Virus record (IMG/VR): IMGVR_UViG_2657245448_000004
Length of the DNA: 22,461 nt
Direction: 5' to 3' (one strand)
Origin: a virus
Taxonomy: Duplodnaviria; Heunggongvirae; Uroviricota; Caudoviricetes
Within the stretch, counting starts at the first letter, position 1, and every line of letters begins with the position of its first letter. The translations under genes and the position numbers were made by a program. Positions 1 through 7,819 of the stretch are shown one piece after another. Under the pieces are notes generated by a model, which ran no database searches, was not told the origin of the DNA, and saw nothing but the letters and a program-made list of their open reading frames with translations.

Positions 1-102
1 TTTTGGATGTATGATACTTTCCCGTCTAAGAAAAAGATCTGTGAACTAAATAAAGAATTGAGAAAGATTAAGATTCCTGAGTGATTATACGCCTAATCAG
101 TA

Positions 103-121
103 GCCCGGTGTTTAACCGGGC
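103..121 (-). other. GC-rich stem-loop just downstream of the SSB-like gene stop (no U-tract)
   Basis: 7-bp stem gcccggt/accgggc with 5-nt loop gttta, 16 nt past the stop codon at 137..139. No T-run follows on either strand, so it is not a canonical intrinsic terminator. Confidence 0.3.
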
Positions 122-136
122 GTCTATGAAGTAGGG

Positions 137-685
137 TTAAATTAGTGCTTCAGCATCAGCACCTTCGCTGATATCGTCGAAATCGTCAGCGCTTGCCACT
201 CCGCCGCCAGCGAATGCATCGCCGTCTCGCAGGAACTGGACTCCGCCGAGTGAGGCATTAATGCGTTTACCGAAATTATTGTCCTGTGCCCAGATATCGA
301 TAACGGCGTTTACATAGCACCCTGCATAAGGACGTCCGTCAGCCTGAATAAGTGGCGAACGATCGCGATCAAGAACAGCTGGGCGCGCTTTGTTAGCAGC
401 ATTCAGGAAGAAATTGCCGGGGAAGCCTTCATACTCTGCTTTTTCATCACCATCATGCAGGCACAGATTGAGTTTTTTCTCCAGCTGGTTATAAATGGGC
501 TCCCACTTCTCTCCCCATTTTTCCTTCGCTACCTGCTTCATAGCTTTACGGATTTCTTCCAGTTGTGGGTGTTTGGGAGACATTAAAAATACTGCGGAGA
601 AACGCGGATCGCCTTCGCCGTTTACAGTTTTAGCTTCAAACAGAGACGGGAAGGCCAGACGAACATTGTTCAGCTTCAGTTTCAT
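137..685 (-). CDS. phage SSB-like protein (DUF2815-like, recalled from memory)
   Basis: 182-aa ORF ending 16 nt after the nuclease gene on the same strand. N-terminus MKLKLNNVRLAFPSLFEA and acidic C-terminal tail resemble the phage SSB-like family that pairs with DUF2800 nucleases. Confidence 0.6.
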   Translation of the reverse strand: MKLKLNNVRLAFPSLFEAKTVNGEGDPRFSAVFLMSPKHPQLEEIRKAMKQVAKEKWGEKWEPIYNQLEKKLNLCLHDGDEKAEYEGFPGNFFLNAANKARPAVLDRDRSPLIQADGRPYAGCYVNAVIDIWAQDNNFGKRINASLGGVQFLRDGDAFAGGGVASADDFDDISEGADAEALI

Positions 686-700
686 GGGTATTTCCTTAAA

Positions 701-2002
701 TCAGATGAGGTCTGCGGTTAGCGTATCGTCGGATACGTCGTCGAAATCATTTACAGGGTTGATATTGAGTGCGGGGCGTGGGTCTGACTCGGGAACGACG
801 GTTGGTTTACCATCAGCTCGTGTTATCAGTGCCTCGACTTTTGACCAACGGCGTGGACTGGCCTTTTTGATAAGTTTTTCGGCTTTTGTGGGACTAATAA
901 GTTTAAAGTCGAATACTTCTTCAGTTTTGTACCTGAACTGGTCCTTCAGAAGTGCGCGAGCTGCCTCTTCATCACTCCAGGCCCGGTTACCTTGTTTTCC
1001 TGTTACCAGTTTAAACCCCGGTACCGGATGTCCGGCATTGAGTTCATTGTGAACCCGGTCCCGTACTGCCTTTAGCCAGGACTCAATAAAGTCGGCCTGG
1101 CTATAGATCTCCGCAAGCTGCTCAATGGTTAACAGAGGTACACGTGCGCTGGCATTGGTGATTATTTCGCTGACAGGCTTTGTCAGATCTTCAAAGTCGC
1201 TGGCCGCTGTTTGTAAATGCTGCATTTTCTGGGCAGTGCAAATAGCTTTTGCTTTACAGAAGCGGCACTGCTTTTCTCCAGGTATGAAGTTTTCCAGCGG
1301 TAGTGTCTCAATGCCTTCGCATTCAGCAATATTGAGAACAAGGATCGCACTGGTTGCGGCCTCCTGTGCTCGTTTACCGAAAGACTGAAGTTCCTGCACG
1401 GTTAACGACCATTCTGAAACGTGGTTGAGCCTTGGCTGGTGAATAAATAATCTTACAGTCTCAAAGTCATACAGCATGCTGAATTGTTCGAGAGCACCCA
1501 GAGCATACAGTTGTAGTTGCTCATTTTGTTCTGCATCAATGCGGACGCCTTTGCCATATTTCAGGTCGTGGATTTGTAATTCGCTACCAGCGATGATTAT
1601 GCCGTCGGCAGTTCCGAAAGATTCTTCCACACCCGTTATATGTGAGAAATCAACACGTTGTTCAACCAATAGTTCATTATTCTGTGCAAGAGTCCAGACC
1701 GTATCAACATACCGGCCAACGGCTTCGACCATTTCATCATCCACCTGTGGGCCAGATGTATCATCAGGATTTTCGCGAAGGGGGTATGAGCCGAGAAACA
1801 TAGAAACATTGCATCCGGCGTAGTGTTCCGGGTGGCTTTGCCTGTTTCGTAGAACTTTTTCAGCAAGCGCGTGCGCTGCAGTGCCCTCGATTGCAAAAGT
1901 TGTTTCTTTATCCGGTTGTGTGGCCTCCAGCGCCAGACTTCCTGGGCAGCGCATCCATCGATGCGCTGATGATGGAGAAAGTTGTGCATGAACGTCTGGC
2001 AT
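701..2002 (-). CDS. PD-(D/E)XK-type nuclease with Cas4-like cysteine cluster (DUF2800-like)
   Basis: 433-aa ORF. N-terminal Cys (RWMRCPGS) plus C-terminal C-x2-C-x5-C ([10 protein letters not shown]) fit a Cas4/AddB-style 4Fe-4S cluster; IHDLKYGKG and QLY resemble RecB-family nuclease motifs. Start is 3 nt from the upstream gene end. Confidence 0.65.
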   Translation of the reverse strand: MPDVHAQLSPSSAHRWMRCPGSLALEATQPDKETTFAIEGTAAHALAEKVLRNRQSHPEHYAGCNVSMFLGSYPLRENPDDTSGPQVDDEMVEAVGRYVDTVWTLAQNNELLVEQRVDFSHITGVEESFGTADGIIIAGSELQIHDLKYGKGVRIDAEQNEQLQLYALGALEQFSMLYDFETVRLFIHQPRLNHVSEWSLTVQELQSFGKRAQEAATSAILVLNIAECEGIETLPLENFIPGEKQCRFCKAKAICTAQKMQHLQTAASDFEDLTKPVSEIITNASARVPLLTIEQLAEIYSQADFIESWLKAVRDRVHNELNAGHPVPGFKLVTGKQGNRAWSDEEAARALLKDQFRYKTEEVFDFKLISPTKAEKLIKKASPRRWSKVEALITRADGKPTVVPESDPRPALNINPVNDFDDVSDDTLTADLI

Positions 2003-2004
2003 GA

Positions 2005-2907
2005 TTAACCCTCCAGTGCTTTTTCAGCCAGGGTGATTACTTCAGCGAGATTTTCATCCGTTACTTCACCAAGTTTCCTGGCTCCCTGTTTTTCCAGAAT
2101 TGCAATAGCTTCTGCCCGGTAACCCCCTTTTGCTAACTGGAGGATCAACCCTTCAGCTTGTTTGCGTAGTGCCGCGAAATCAATTGTATGGTCATCTTTG
2201 GCGTCATTATTCTGGCTGGAATTTGCTGTGTCTCTGCGTGCAAATTCTTCCTGCAGCTGAAGGTACTCAACACGGTTGGTCTCGATATGGCCTTTTTTCA
2301 GCATCTCGTTCAACTTGCGTAAGGTGTGGAGTTCACTGGCTGCTGTGCCGGATACATTTTTGACGTAAAACGGCCCCGTGCGTTCTCCATCTTTGTTACT
2401 GGCCTTTTTCGGCTTAACTTCATCACGCCCATCCGCAGGTGCATCAAGTAGCTGCTCGGCAAAAGCACGTCGCTCGCCGATGGTTGGCAGGTCGTCCCAG
2501 AACTTAAGGATGTTACGGGACAGGTCCAGGAGAGCAGGTTTAAGCAGCGCCCTGGCTCGTTTGACGCCCTGCAATGCGCTGTCGAGAGCATCAATCTGAA
2601 CTACTCGTTTATCGCCTTCAGCATCACGGTAGGCAACAGCACGTTGCAGCATGTCTTCTGTGATAGGGGTGGCTACTGGGTAGAAACCAGCCAGTGCGAT
2701 AACGTCGCTGAACTCCAGATCATCCAGTGTCATTGCCGCTGACATATTTTCAGTTTCAGTTGCTGTATCCCGACATTCCTGCACTCGTGAAATCGTGTCA
2801 GGATGCATAACAATACCTGATGCCATTGTGCGGATAAGACGTTCAAGCAGCGCATTATGTTGTGCCAGAAGTTGATTATTAAGTTCGAGACTGGTTTCTA
2901 AACTCAT
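2005..2907 (-). CDS. hypothetical early-left operon protein (function not recognised)
   Basis: 300-aa ORF tightly packed between the small membrane ORF (ATGA overlap) and the nuclease gene. Charged, helical-looking composition; no motif I can name. Confidence 0.55.
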   Translation of the reverse strand: MSLETSLELNNQLLAQHNALLERLIRTMASGIVMHPDTISRVQECRDTATETENMSAAMTLDDLEFSDVIALAGFYPVATPITEDMLQRAVAYRDAEGDKRVVQIDALDSALQGVKRARALLKPALLDLSRNILKFWDDLPTIGERRAFAEQLLDAPADGRDEVKPKKASNKDGERTGPFYVKNVSGTAASELHTLRKLNEMLKKGHIETNRVEYLQLQEEFARRDTANSSQNNDAKDDHTIDFAALRKQAEGLILQLAKGGYRAEAIAILEKQGARKLGEVTDENLAEVITLAEKALEG

Positions 2908-3074
2908 ACTGTGGTCCTCGCTACAAGGAGAATGAAAGTGATGATCAGACCGAGCGCAGTGGCAACGGCCAGACCGGTCATCAAATCGAAGTTTTTACGG
3001 CGATAACGGAGAACATCGCGCCCCGTCAGTCGATAGAGGTGTTCAGGTTTCATCGGTTGTATTCCTTTTTTCAT
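2904..3074 (-). CDS. small membrane protein (56 aa), first gene of the early-left operon
   Basis: Not in the ORF track (under 60 aa). Hand translation of the minus strand: [56 protein letters not shown], with one hydrophobic C-terminal helix. Its TGA stop overlaps the ATG of the 2005..2907 gene, suggesting translational coupling. Confidence 0.45.
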   Translation of the reverse strand: MKKGIQPMKPEHLYRLTGRDVLRYRRKNFDLMTGLAVATALGLIITFILLVARTTV

Positions 3075-3110
3075 ATCGGGGAGCGCGCTGTTGCGAGTGC
3101 GCTTTCAGAC

Positions 3111-3138
3111 ATAAAAAAGCCCGTCATTTGCGGCGGGC
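3111..3138 (-). terminator. putative intrinsic terminator (minus strand) upstream of the early-left operon
   Basis: Hairpin GCCCG...CGGGC at 3119..3138, followed on the minus strand by a 6-nt U-run (plus-strand A-run 3113..3118). Confidence 0.4.
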
Positions 3139-3277
3139 AAAGACTACACACAGCAATTACATGGATATCATCGAGTGCCTGCTTTTAACCACATCAGGCG
3201 AGGTGGTTCTCCTTGTACCCCTACAGTGAGAAATCGTCTAATATCTCTTCACCCCTACAGTTTGAGAGAGATTAGAT

Positions 3278-3847
3278 ATGTCTGAAGAAAAAGGAATTCT
3301 TTCCCGGATAACTGAATCGTTATCCGGCGTGGGAGGAGCAATTAAAGGCGCGGTTGGAGCAGCAAGAGAGATTCAGAATCTGACTGTCGACTATGCAGTT
3401 AAAGAGAAGACGCACACCTTACTCGATAAGCTAATGGATGTTCAGATGCAGCAAATGTCGCTTCAGGAGCTGCTGATTGCGGCTAAGGAGAAAATTGTTG
3501 AACTGGAAAATGAGAAAGTAAAGCAAGAGAACTGGGCCGCTGAAGCGGCGAGCTATGAACTTTACCAGCCTATGCGGGGTACTCTGGTCTATCGCAGCAA
3601 GCTTTCTGCAGATACTGACCAATCTCCGGTTTATATTTGTCCCAATTGCTACGAGCAAAAGAGAAAATCTATATTGCAAGCGGAAGGTCTGGTTATTAAG
3701 CCAGGCCTTGGGCGAGCCGTTAATATGGTTTGTTCGCACTGTAGGGCTTCCTATCTGTTCAACCGAAATGCTTTAGAGGCCAGACTGCCTGCTGAAGATG
3801 AAAATCCGGGGAAGGCAATCACGGATTACGATCCTTACAACCAGTAA
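3278..3847 (+). CDS. hypothetical protein: Gly-rich N-terminus, coiled-coil, C-terminal zinc-ribbon-like CxxC...CxxC; candidate accessory/defence gene
   Basis: 189-aa ORF with a GA-rich SD-like stretch (GAGAGAGA) just upstream of the ATG. Heptad-like charged segment around residues 40-90; CPNC at residues 121-124 and CSHC at 152-155. Opposite strand to both neighbours and convergent with the repressor gene. Confidence 0.75.
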   Translation: MSEEKGILSRITESLSGVGGAIKGAVGAAREIQNLTVDYAVKEKTHTLLDKLMDVQMQQMSLQELLIAAKEKIVELENEKVKQENWAAEAASYELYQPMRGTLVYRSKLSADTDQSPVYICPNCYEQKRKSILQAEGLVIKPGLGRAVNMVCSHCRASYLFNRNALEARLPAEDENPGKAITDYDPYNQ

Positions 3848-3896
3848 TTTCTTTAAGCATGGGTACCCTTCCGGCCACCCAGAGTTAAAGGAACTA

Positions 3897-3925
3897 AGCG
3901 CCCCATCGTCGGGGCGTTTCAACTT
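3897..3925 (+). terminator. putative intrinsic terminator for the 3278..3847 gene
   Basis: 6 to 8-bp GC-rich stem (cgcccc / ggggcg, loop atcgtc) followed by TTTC, about 50 nt after the stop codon. Confidence 0.4.
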
Positions 3926-4154
3926 GCGTGACTTATCAGTTCGTCGCGGTGTTGTCCTCTACGCTTACCGTACGCATACGGACTCGGCGCTTACCTCGAT
4001 CCCATCGGGTGCCATTTCATTTTGCCAGGAGTACTGCGGCTTACCTGTCACGCGGTTCAGTTTGTTAAAGAGCTGGTATTAAAAAACGCATTAATTATGC
4101 GGTATCGTATTTATATGCGTTATGGGATTTTGCGTCAATACGAAAATGAATTAT

Positions 4155-4192
4155 TTTGCAAATAAGAAAACCGCCCTTGTGGAGAGCGGTTT
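4155..4192 (-). terminator. putative intrinsic terminator downstream of the repressor gene
   Basis: Stem aaaccgc / gcggttt (4168..4174 with 4186..4192), 11-nt loop, followed on the minus strand by a T-rich tract (TTTCTTATTT); about 30 nt past the repressor stop. Confidence 0.45.
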
Positions 4193-4222
4193 GATCAGAA
4201 GTAAGTTATCAGACTGTAAAGG

Positions 4223-4897
4223 TTAGTACATGCGTAGCGCGGATTTGGCGATCCCCGCCACGTAATGGATTTTTTCAATGTTTTCGCGTGGTACTCTGAC
4301 TGGTGGATGATCTTCATTTACAGACATTAGATGGAACAGGCCATCGCGTTCGAACAAGAAGGTTTTAACCATGACCTCACCGTCCCGGGTAACCACAAGT
4401 ACTTCATCACCAGGAGTGTAGTCGTGGTTGGGTTCGACGATTACGAACTCACCCTCTTTGATTCTAGGCATCATTGAATCACCAACACATTTCAGGGCGT
4501 ATGCATCTTCATCCTTTGTCGGCCAGTATATGAAACCATCACTGCTACCTACTGAATATTGGGTGTCGCTCCAAAGTCCTCCAACGCCTAGCTGAGTGTT
4601 TCCCAAAACAGGTACTTTATTAAACCTAAGAGAAATATACGTTTTTATACCCGTCGCGTCCTCTTTCTCCATTTCTTGAAGGCTCCTTTCTGCCAGGTCT
4701 ATTGGTGACACGTGGAAGTAGTCGGCGATCTGCTTTAACGTTGCGTATTTCGGATCTTTCACCTCTCCTGATACCAGCCTGTGTAGCGTTGGTTGGTTCA
4801 GTTGTAACCGACGTGCCAGCTCAGTTATCGAGCTTATCTTGGCTTTGTCCATCAGGTACTTGATGTTTTGAGAAAGGATATCGGTAGTATCAATCAT
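4223..4897 (-). CDS. CI-like repressor (N-terminal HTH, C-terminal S24/LexA-type peptidase domain)
   Basis: 224-aa ORF. N-terminal HTH-like segment (SSITELARRLQLNQPTLHRLVSG) and C-terminal autocleavage-type domain with Ser/Lys motifs (CVGDSMMP ... EVMVKTF). Divergent from a Cro-like gene. Confidence 0.9.
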   Translation of the reverse strand: MIDTTDILSQNIKYLMDKAKISSITELARRLQLNQPTLHRLVSGEVKDPKYATLKQIADYFHVSPIDLAERSLQEMEKEDATGIKTYISLRFNKVPVLGNTQLGVGGLWSDTQYSVGSSDGFIYWPTKDEDAYALKCVGDSMMPRIKEGEFVIVEPNHDYTPGDEVLVVTRDGEVMVKTFLFERDGLFHLMSVNEDHPPVRVPRENIEKIHYVAGIAKSALRMY

Positions 4898-5038
4898 TTG
4901 GATTCATCCATGTTGTATACAGGGACGGTGATTATGCGTTATCGGATATTTTAATCCAGGATGATATAGAATTGCCGTATTGCTGAATAATCCGTTTTCG
5001 TATAAATTTGCGCTATAGACGAAAGTGGAGACTTAAAT
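4898..5038. promoter_or_regulatory. immunity switch region with divergent promoters and operator-like repeats
   Basis: 141-bp AT-rich gap between the divergent repressor and Cro-like genes. Similar motifs TATAGAATTGCCGTAT (about 4964..4980) and TATAAATTTGCGCTAT (about 5001..5017); SD GGAG at 5027..5030 ahead of the Cro ATG. Exact -35/-10 elements not resolved. Confidence 0.5.
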
Positions 5039-5239
5039 ATGTCCGGACTAACACCACAAGAGATGGTCAAAAGCTTGATTGATTCAGGGTATACCCAAAA
5101 CCAAATTGCCGAAATTGCAGGCGTGAAGCAGTCTTCTATTAGTCGGCTTCTCACCGGGGTTCATTCTGACCCTCGCTTTTCTACAGTACGTGCGATAGAA
5201 AAGCTTTTTCAGGAAGTGACAGCTAGACAAAAGGCGTAA
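5039..5239 (+). CDS. Cro-like HTH regulator
   Basis: 66-aa ORF with an HTH-like segment (YTQNQIAEIAGVKQSSISRLLTG), divergent from the repressor and heading the rightward operon. Confidence 0.8.
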   Translation: MSGLTPQEMVKSLIDSGYTQNQIAEIAGVKQSSISRLLTGVHSDPRFSTVRAIEKLFQEVTARQKA

Positions 5240-5242
5240 CCC

Positions 5243-7504
5243 ATGTCTGATAACAAACCATGGGGAGCTACGCCCGATGAGTGGTTCCACTTCGATCTGG
5301 TGTTGGGGATGACAGACAGGCTTTTACCTGTGGTGTCCAATCCCTGTGCAGAACTGTCGCCTAATAGCAAGCTGTCTCATAATTTCGGCAAAACCCCCAG
5401 TCGCTACAATGGCCAACGTAAGGTTGTTGGTATCCCCGACTGGGCTAACTATGTTGTTACGGAAAACGATTTTGCCCGGTGGTCGAACGAACCCGATTAC
5501 GGTATTTGCGTTCGTACTGGCGACGGGGTGGTGGCTCTGGACTGCGATATCAATGACGCCGGGATGCAGGAGATCGTACGCAATATTATCCTGTCATGCC
5601 TGGGGGAACTTCCGCCACGTCGCTGGCGGGCTGACAGTCATAAATGCCTGTACCTGATTGCTGTTGATGGCGACTACCGTAAACGTGGTCACCGCCTGGA
5701 AGGCGAAAACAAACAAATAGAGCTGCTCGCTAAGGGCCAGCAGTTTGTGGCTTGTGGTACCCATCCGGCAGGCGAACGTATTCAGTGGGACTGCGGTCTG
5801 CCCGGCGAACCTCTGAAAATTACATCTGAACAGCTCGAAAGCCTGTGGCAGCGTCTGGCGGATAACTTACCCGTGAAAGACAGCTATACCGCAGGTGCAG
5901 GACGTCAGCGTGATCTTTCCTGTGTTGATCCTTCCGCGACAGATGATGTCGCCGACTGGCTTGACGCGAACGGGTGGACTCTGTCAGTCAGCTCTGATGG
6001 TTCCCGCAATCTGAAACCGTTTCGGGATGAGTCAGAATACAGCAACGGTTGCAGCGAAACATCCATTAAGTATTTCCCAAAAGGGACGGGGGGATTTGAA
6101 CAGGGACATTTTAAAAGCATGCACAACACCGATGCGGGGCTTACTGATGCCGACTGGCTGGAAGGCTACGGCTATACGCAATCCCTGTTCGAAGATCTCA
6201 CGGTGGTTGAAGATGGCGATAAGCCTGAATTTACCGATATTAATACAGATATGACAGCTCATTTTCTGGAACGCTTTATCTACGTCATCGAGGGTGACCA
6301 GGTATGTGATCTTAGCCGACCGCCATATCAGTGCATGATGGATATGAAGTCGTTCAAAAACCTGATGGCGCCTTACCAGTTCCCGCCAGAAGGGAAAGGG
6401 CAACCAACTCCCGCAACCAAACGGTGGATAGAGCATCGGCATAAGAAGATTGCTGAGACGACAGGCTATAAGCCCGGTGCGGGACGTATTATCGAGCGTT
6501 TCGACGGGCGGTTTGAGATAAACGAATTTTATATGCCTGAGCATCCACGTACAGCGGATACAAGTAAGGTGTCCACGTTCCTTAATCATATGGCGTATCT
6601 GGTACCTGATGCCTGGCAGCGCGAGTTTTTCATCGCCCGTCTGGGGTGGATGGTTCAGCGTCCGGAGCGTCGATGCCCGATTTCTATTCTGCATGTGGCT
6701 TCCGCACATGGTACGGGCAGAGGATGGGTCAGCCAGTTAATGGAGCGCGTGCTTGGTCCGTGGAACTGTGCTCGTACTCGCATGAAGATCCTGTGCGATA
6801 ACCAGTTCCATGACTATCTGTACAATACGCTTCTATGCACCATTGACGAGGTGCGCGAAAATGATAAGCGGTATGAGGTGAACGATAAGATCCGTGACGT
6901 GCTGACAGAACCACGGTTTGAAGTGAACCGCAAATATGGCAGCAAAAAAACGATGGATATATACACCGGCTTTCTGTTCTACACCAACCACTTTGATGCG
7001 CTGGCGCTGCCAGAGGAAGACCGACGTATCGCTGTGCTGGGGGGCCCTGACTTCGCCGCAACTGAAGAGCATTACGCCAGCCTGTACGGTGCGCTAAGCG
7101 ACAGCGACTTTATCGCCCAGGTGTACTGGTATCTGATGGGCGTTGACCTGTCTCGCTTTAACTGGCAGCGCGCCCCCGAGACGAAAGAACGCCTTCTGAT
7201 GATTGAAAGCAATAAGAGCGATGTGGAGGCTGCTCTTATTGAAATCCTGGATAATCCGCCTGTGCCAGCAATGACTTATCAACAAATTGTTAACGCAATA
7301 CTGGCAGAAGCAGGAATGGATGTAGAAATTAACCAGAAGCATATTACTCGCATTTTGAAAGAAAGAACAAAGCGGGAACCCGTACGCGTAAAAATTGACG
7401 GGTTTGTATATAGGATTTGGATTCTTGTAAAAAATAACGATTTCAGCAACGAAGAATTGCGCGAAATATATAAATCTTGCGAAATTTTGCAATCTGGATT
7501 GTAA
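5243..7504 (+). CDS. replication primase-polymerase (AEP-type N-terminus) fused to a helicase/NTPase-like C-terminal domain
   Basis: 753-aa ORF starting 3 nt after the Cro stop. N-terminal AEP-like motifs: hhhDhD (VVALDCDIND) and sGxxH (ACGTHPAG). C-terminal P-loop-like segment SAHGTGRGW about 40 aa before a Walker-B-like LLCTIDEV. Confidence 0.8.
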   Translation: MSDNKPWGATPDEWFHFDLVLGMTDRLLPVVSNPCAELSPNSKLSHNFGKTPSRYNGQRKVVGIPDWANYVVTENDFARWSNEPDYGICVRTGDGVVALDCDINDAGMQEIVRNIILSCLGELPPRRWRADSHKCLYLIAVDGDYRKRGHRLEGENKQIELLAKGQQFVACGTHPAGERIQWDCGLPGEPLKITSEQLESLWQRLADNLPVKDSYTAGAGRQRDLSCVDPSATDDVADWLDANGWTLSVSSDGSRNLKPFRDESEYSNGCSETSIKYFPKGTGGFEQGHFKSMHNTDAGLTDADWLEGYGYTQSLFEDLTVVEDGDKPEFTDINTDMTAHFLERFIYVIEGDQVCDLSRPPYQCMMDMKSFKNLMAPYQFPPEGKGQPTPATKRWIEHRHKKIAETTGYKPGAGRIIERFDGRFEINEFYMPEHPRTADTSKVSTFLNHMAYLVPDAWQREFFIARLGWMVQRPERRCPISILHVASAHGTGRGWVSQLMERVLGPWNCARTRMKILCDNQFHDYLYNTLLCTIDEVRENDKRYEVNDKIRDVLTEPRFEVNRKYGSKKTMDIYTGFLFYTNHFDALALPEEDRRIAVLGGPDFAATEEHYASLYGALSDSDFIAQVYWYLMGVDLSRFNWQRAPETKERLLMIESNKSDVEAALIEILDNPPVPAMTYQQIVNAILAEAGMDVEINQKHITRILKERTKREPVRVKIDGFVYRIWILVKNNDFSNEELREIYKSCEILQSGL

Positions 7505-7770
7505 AAAGGTGACGGCTAGGTGACGGCAAAACGCTTAAGCGTCACCTTAAAAAGTATATATAAAACAATGGGAAATGTGCTAAAGGTGACAGGTGACGGC
7601 AGAATTTAAAACTATATACGCGATAGTGTGTATTTTAGGTATTATACGATCGCTTATATATAGAGAACTAAAATCAACCGTCACCTGTCACCTAAAACAT
7701 CTTCAGGCCTTATATGGCGCGCTTTGCAGCAGGTGACGGATATGTAATTACGCGTCACCTAGCCGTCACC
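7505..7770. repeat. iteron array flanking an AT-rich core; putative replication origin
   Basis: About ten copies of the core GGTGAC(G/A)G in both orientations: direct at 7507..7517, 7518..7528, 7583..7592, 7591..7601, 7731..7740; inverted at 7539..7548, 7678..7693 (two copies), 7751..7760, 7761..7770. They flank a strongly AT-rich stretch (about 7549..7677) immediately after the primase gene. Confidence 0.7.
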
Positions 7771-7819
7771 CGGAAATTAACTTGAAAAAATTAGCAAATA
7801 ACTAAATGAGGATACGACG

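Noticed and set aside
495-1052. 185-aa plus-strand ORF overlapping the SSB-like and nuclease genes
   Set aside because: It lies antisense within two tightly packed minus-strand genes and has Ser/Arg-rich, low-complexity composition. Most likely a spurious antisense frame.
3960-4015. Possible tRNA or tmRNA 3' fragment (att-like) suggested by a ...GGGTGCCA ending
   Set aside because: The preceding sequence cannot be folded into a T-arm and acceptor stem, and no integrase is nearby.
3798-4082. 94-aa plus-strand ORF in the intergenic region after the accessory gene
   Set aside because: It overlaps the 3' end of the 3278..3847 gene in another frame and runs through the terminator hairpins, with no SD. 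Treated as non-coding.
5346-7492. Multiple ORFs of 74 to 225 aa on both strands inside the primase-helicase gene (for example 6032..6709 minus, 6729..7061 minus, 7094..7492 minus)
   Set aside because: All lie inside a long, well-supported coding frame with protein-like motifs. The alternatives have Cys/Arg/His-rich or hydrophobic nonsense composition typical of out-of-frame translation.
7505-7770. The GGTGACGG repeat array considered as a CRISPR array
   Set aside because: The repeats are only about 8 to 10 bp, occur in both orientations with irregular spacing, and flank an AT-rich core. This fits iterons, not CRISPR repeat-spacer units.
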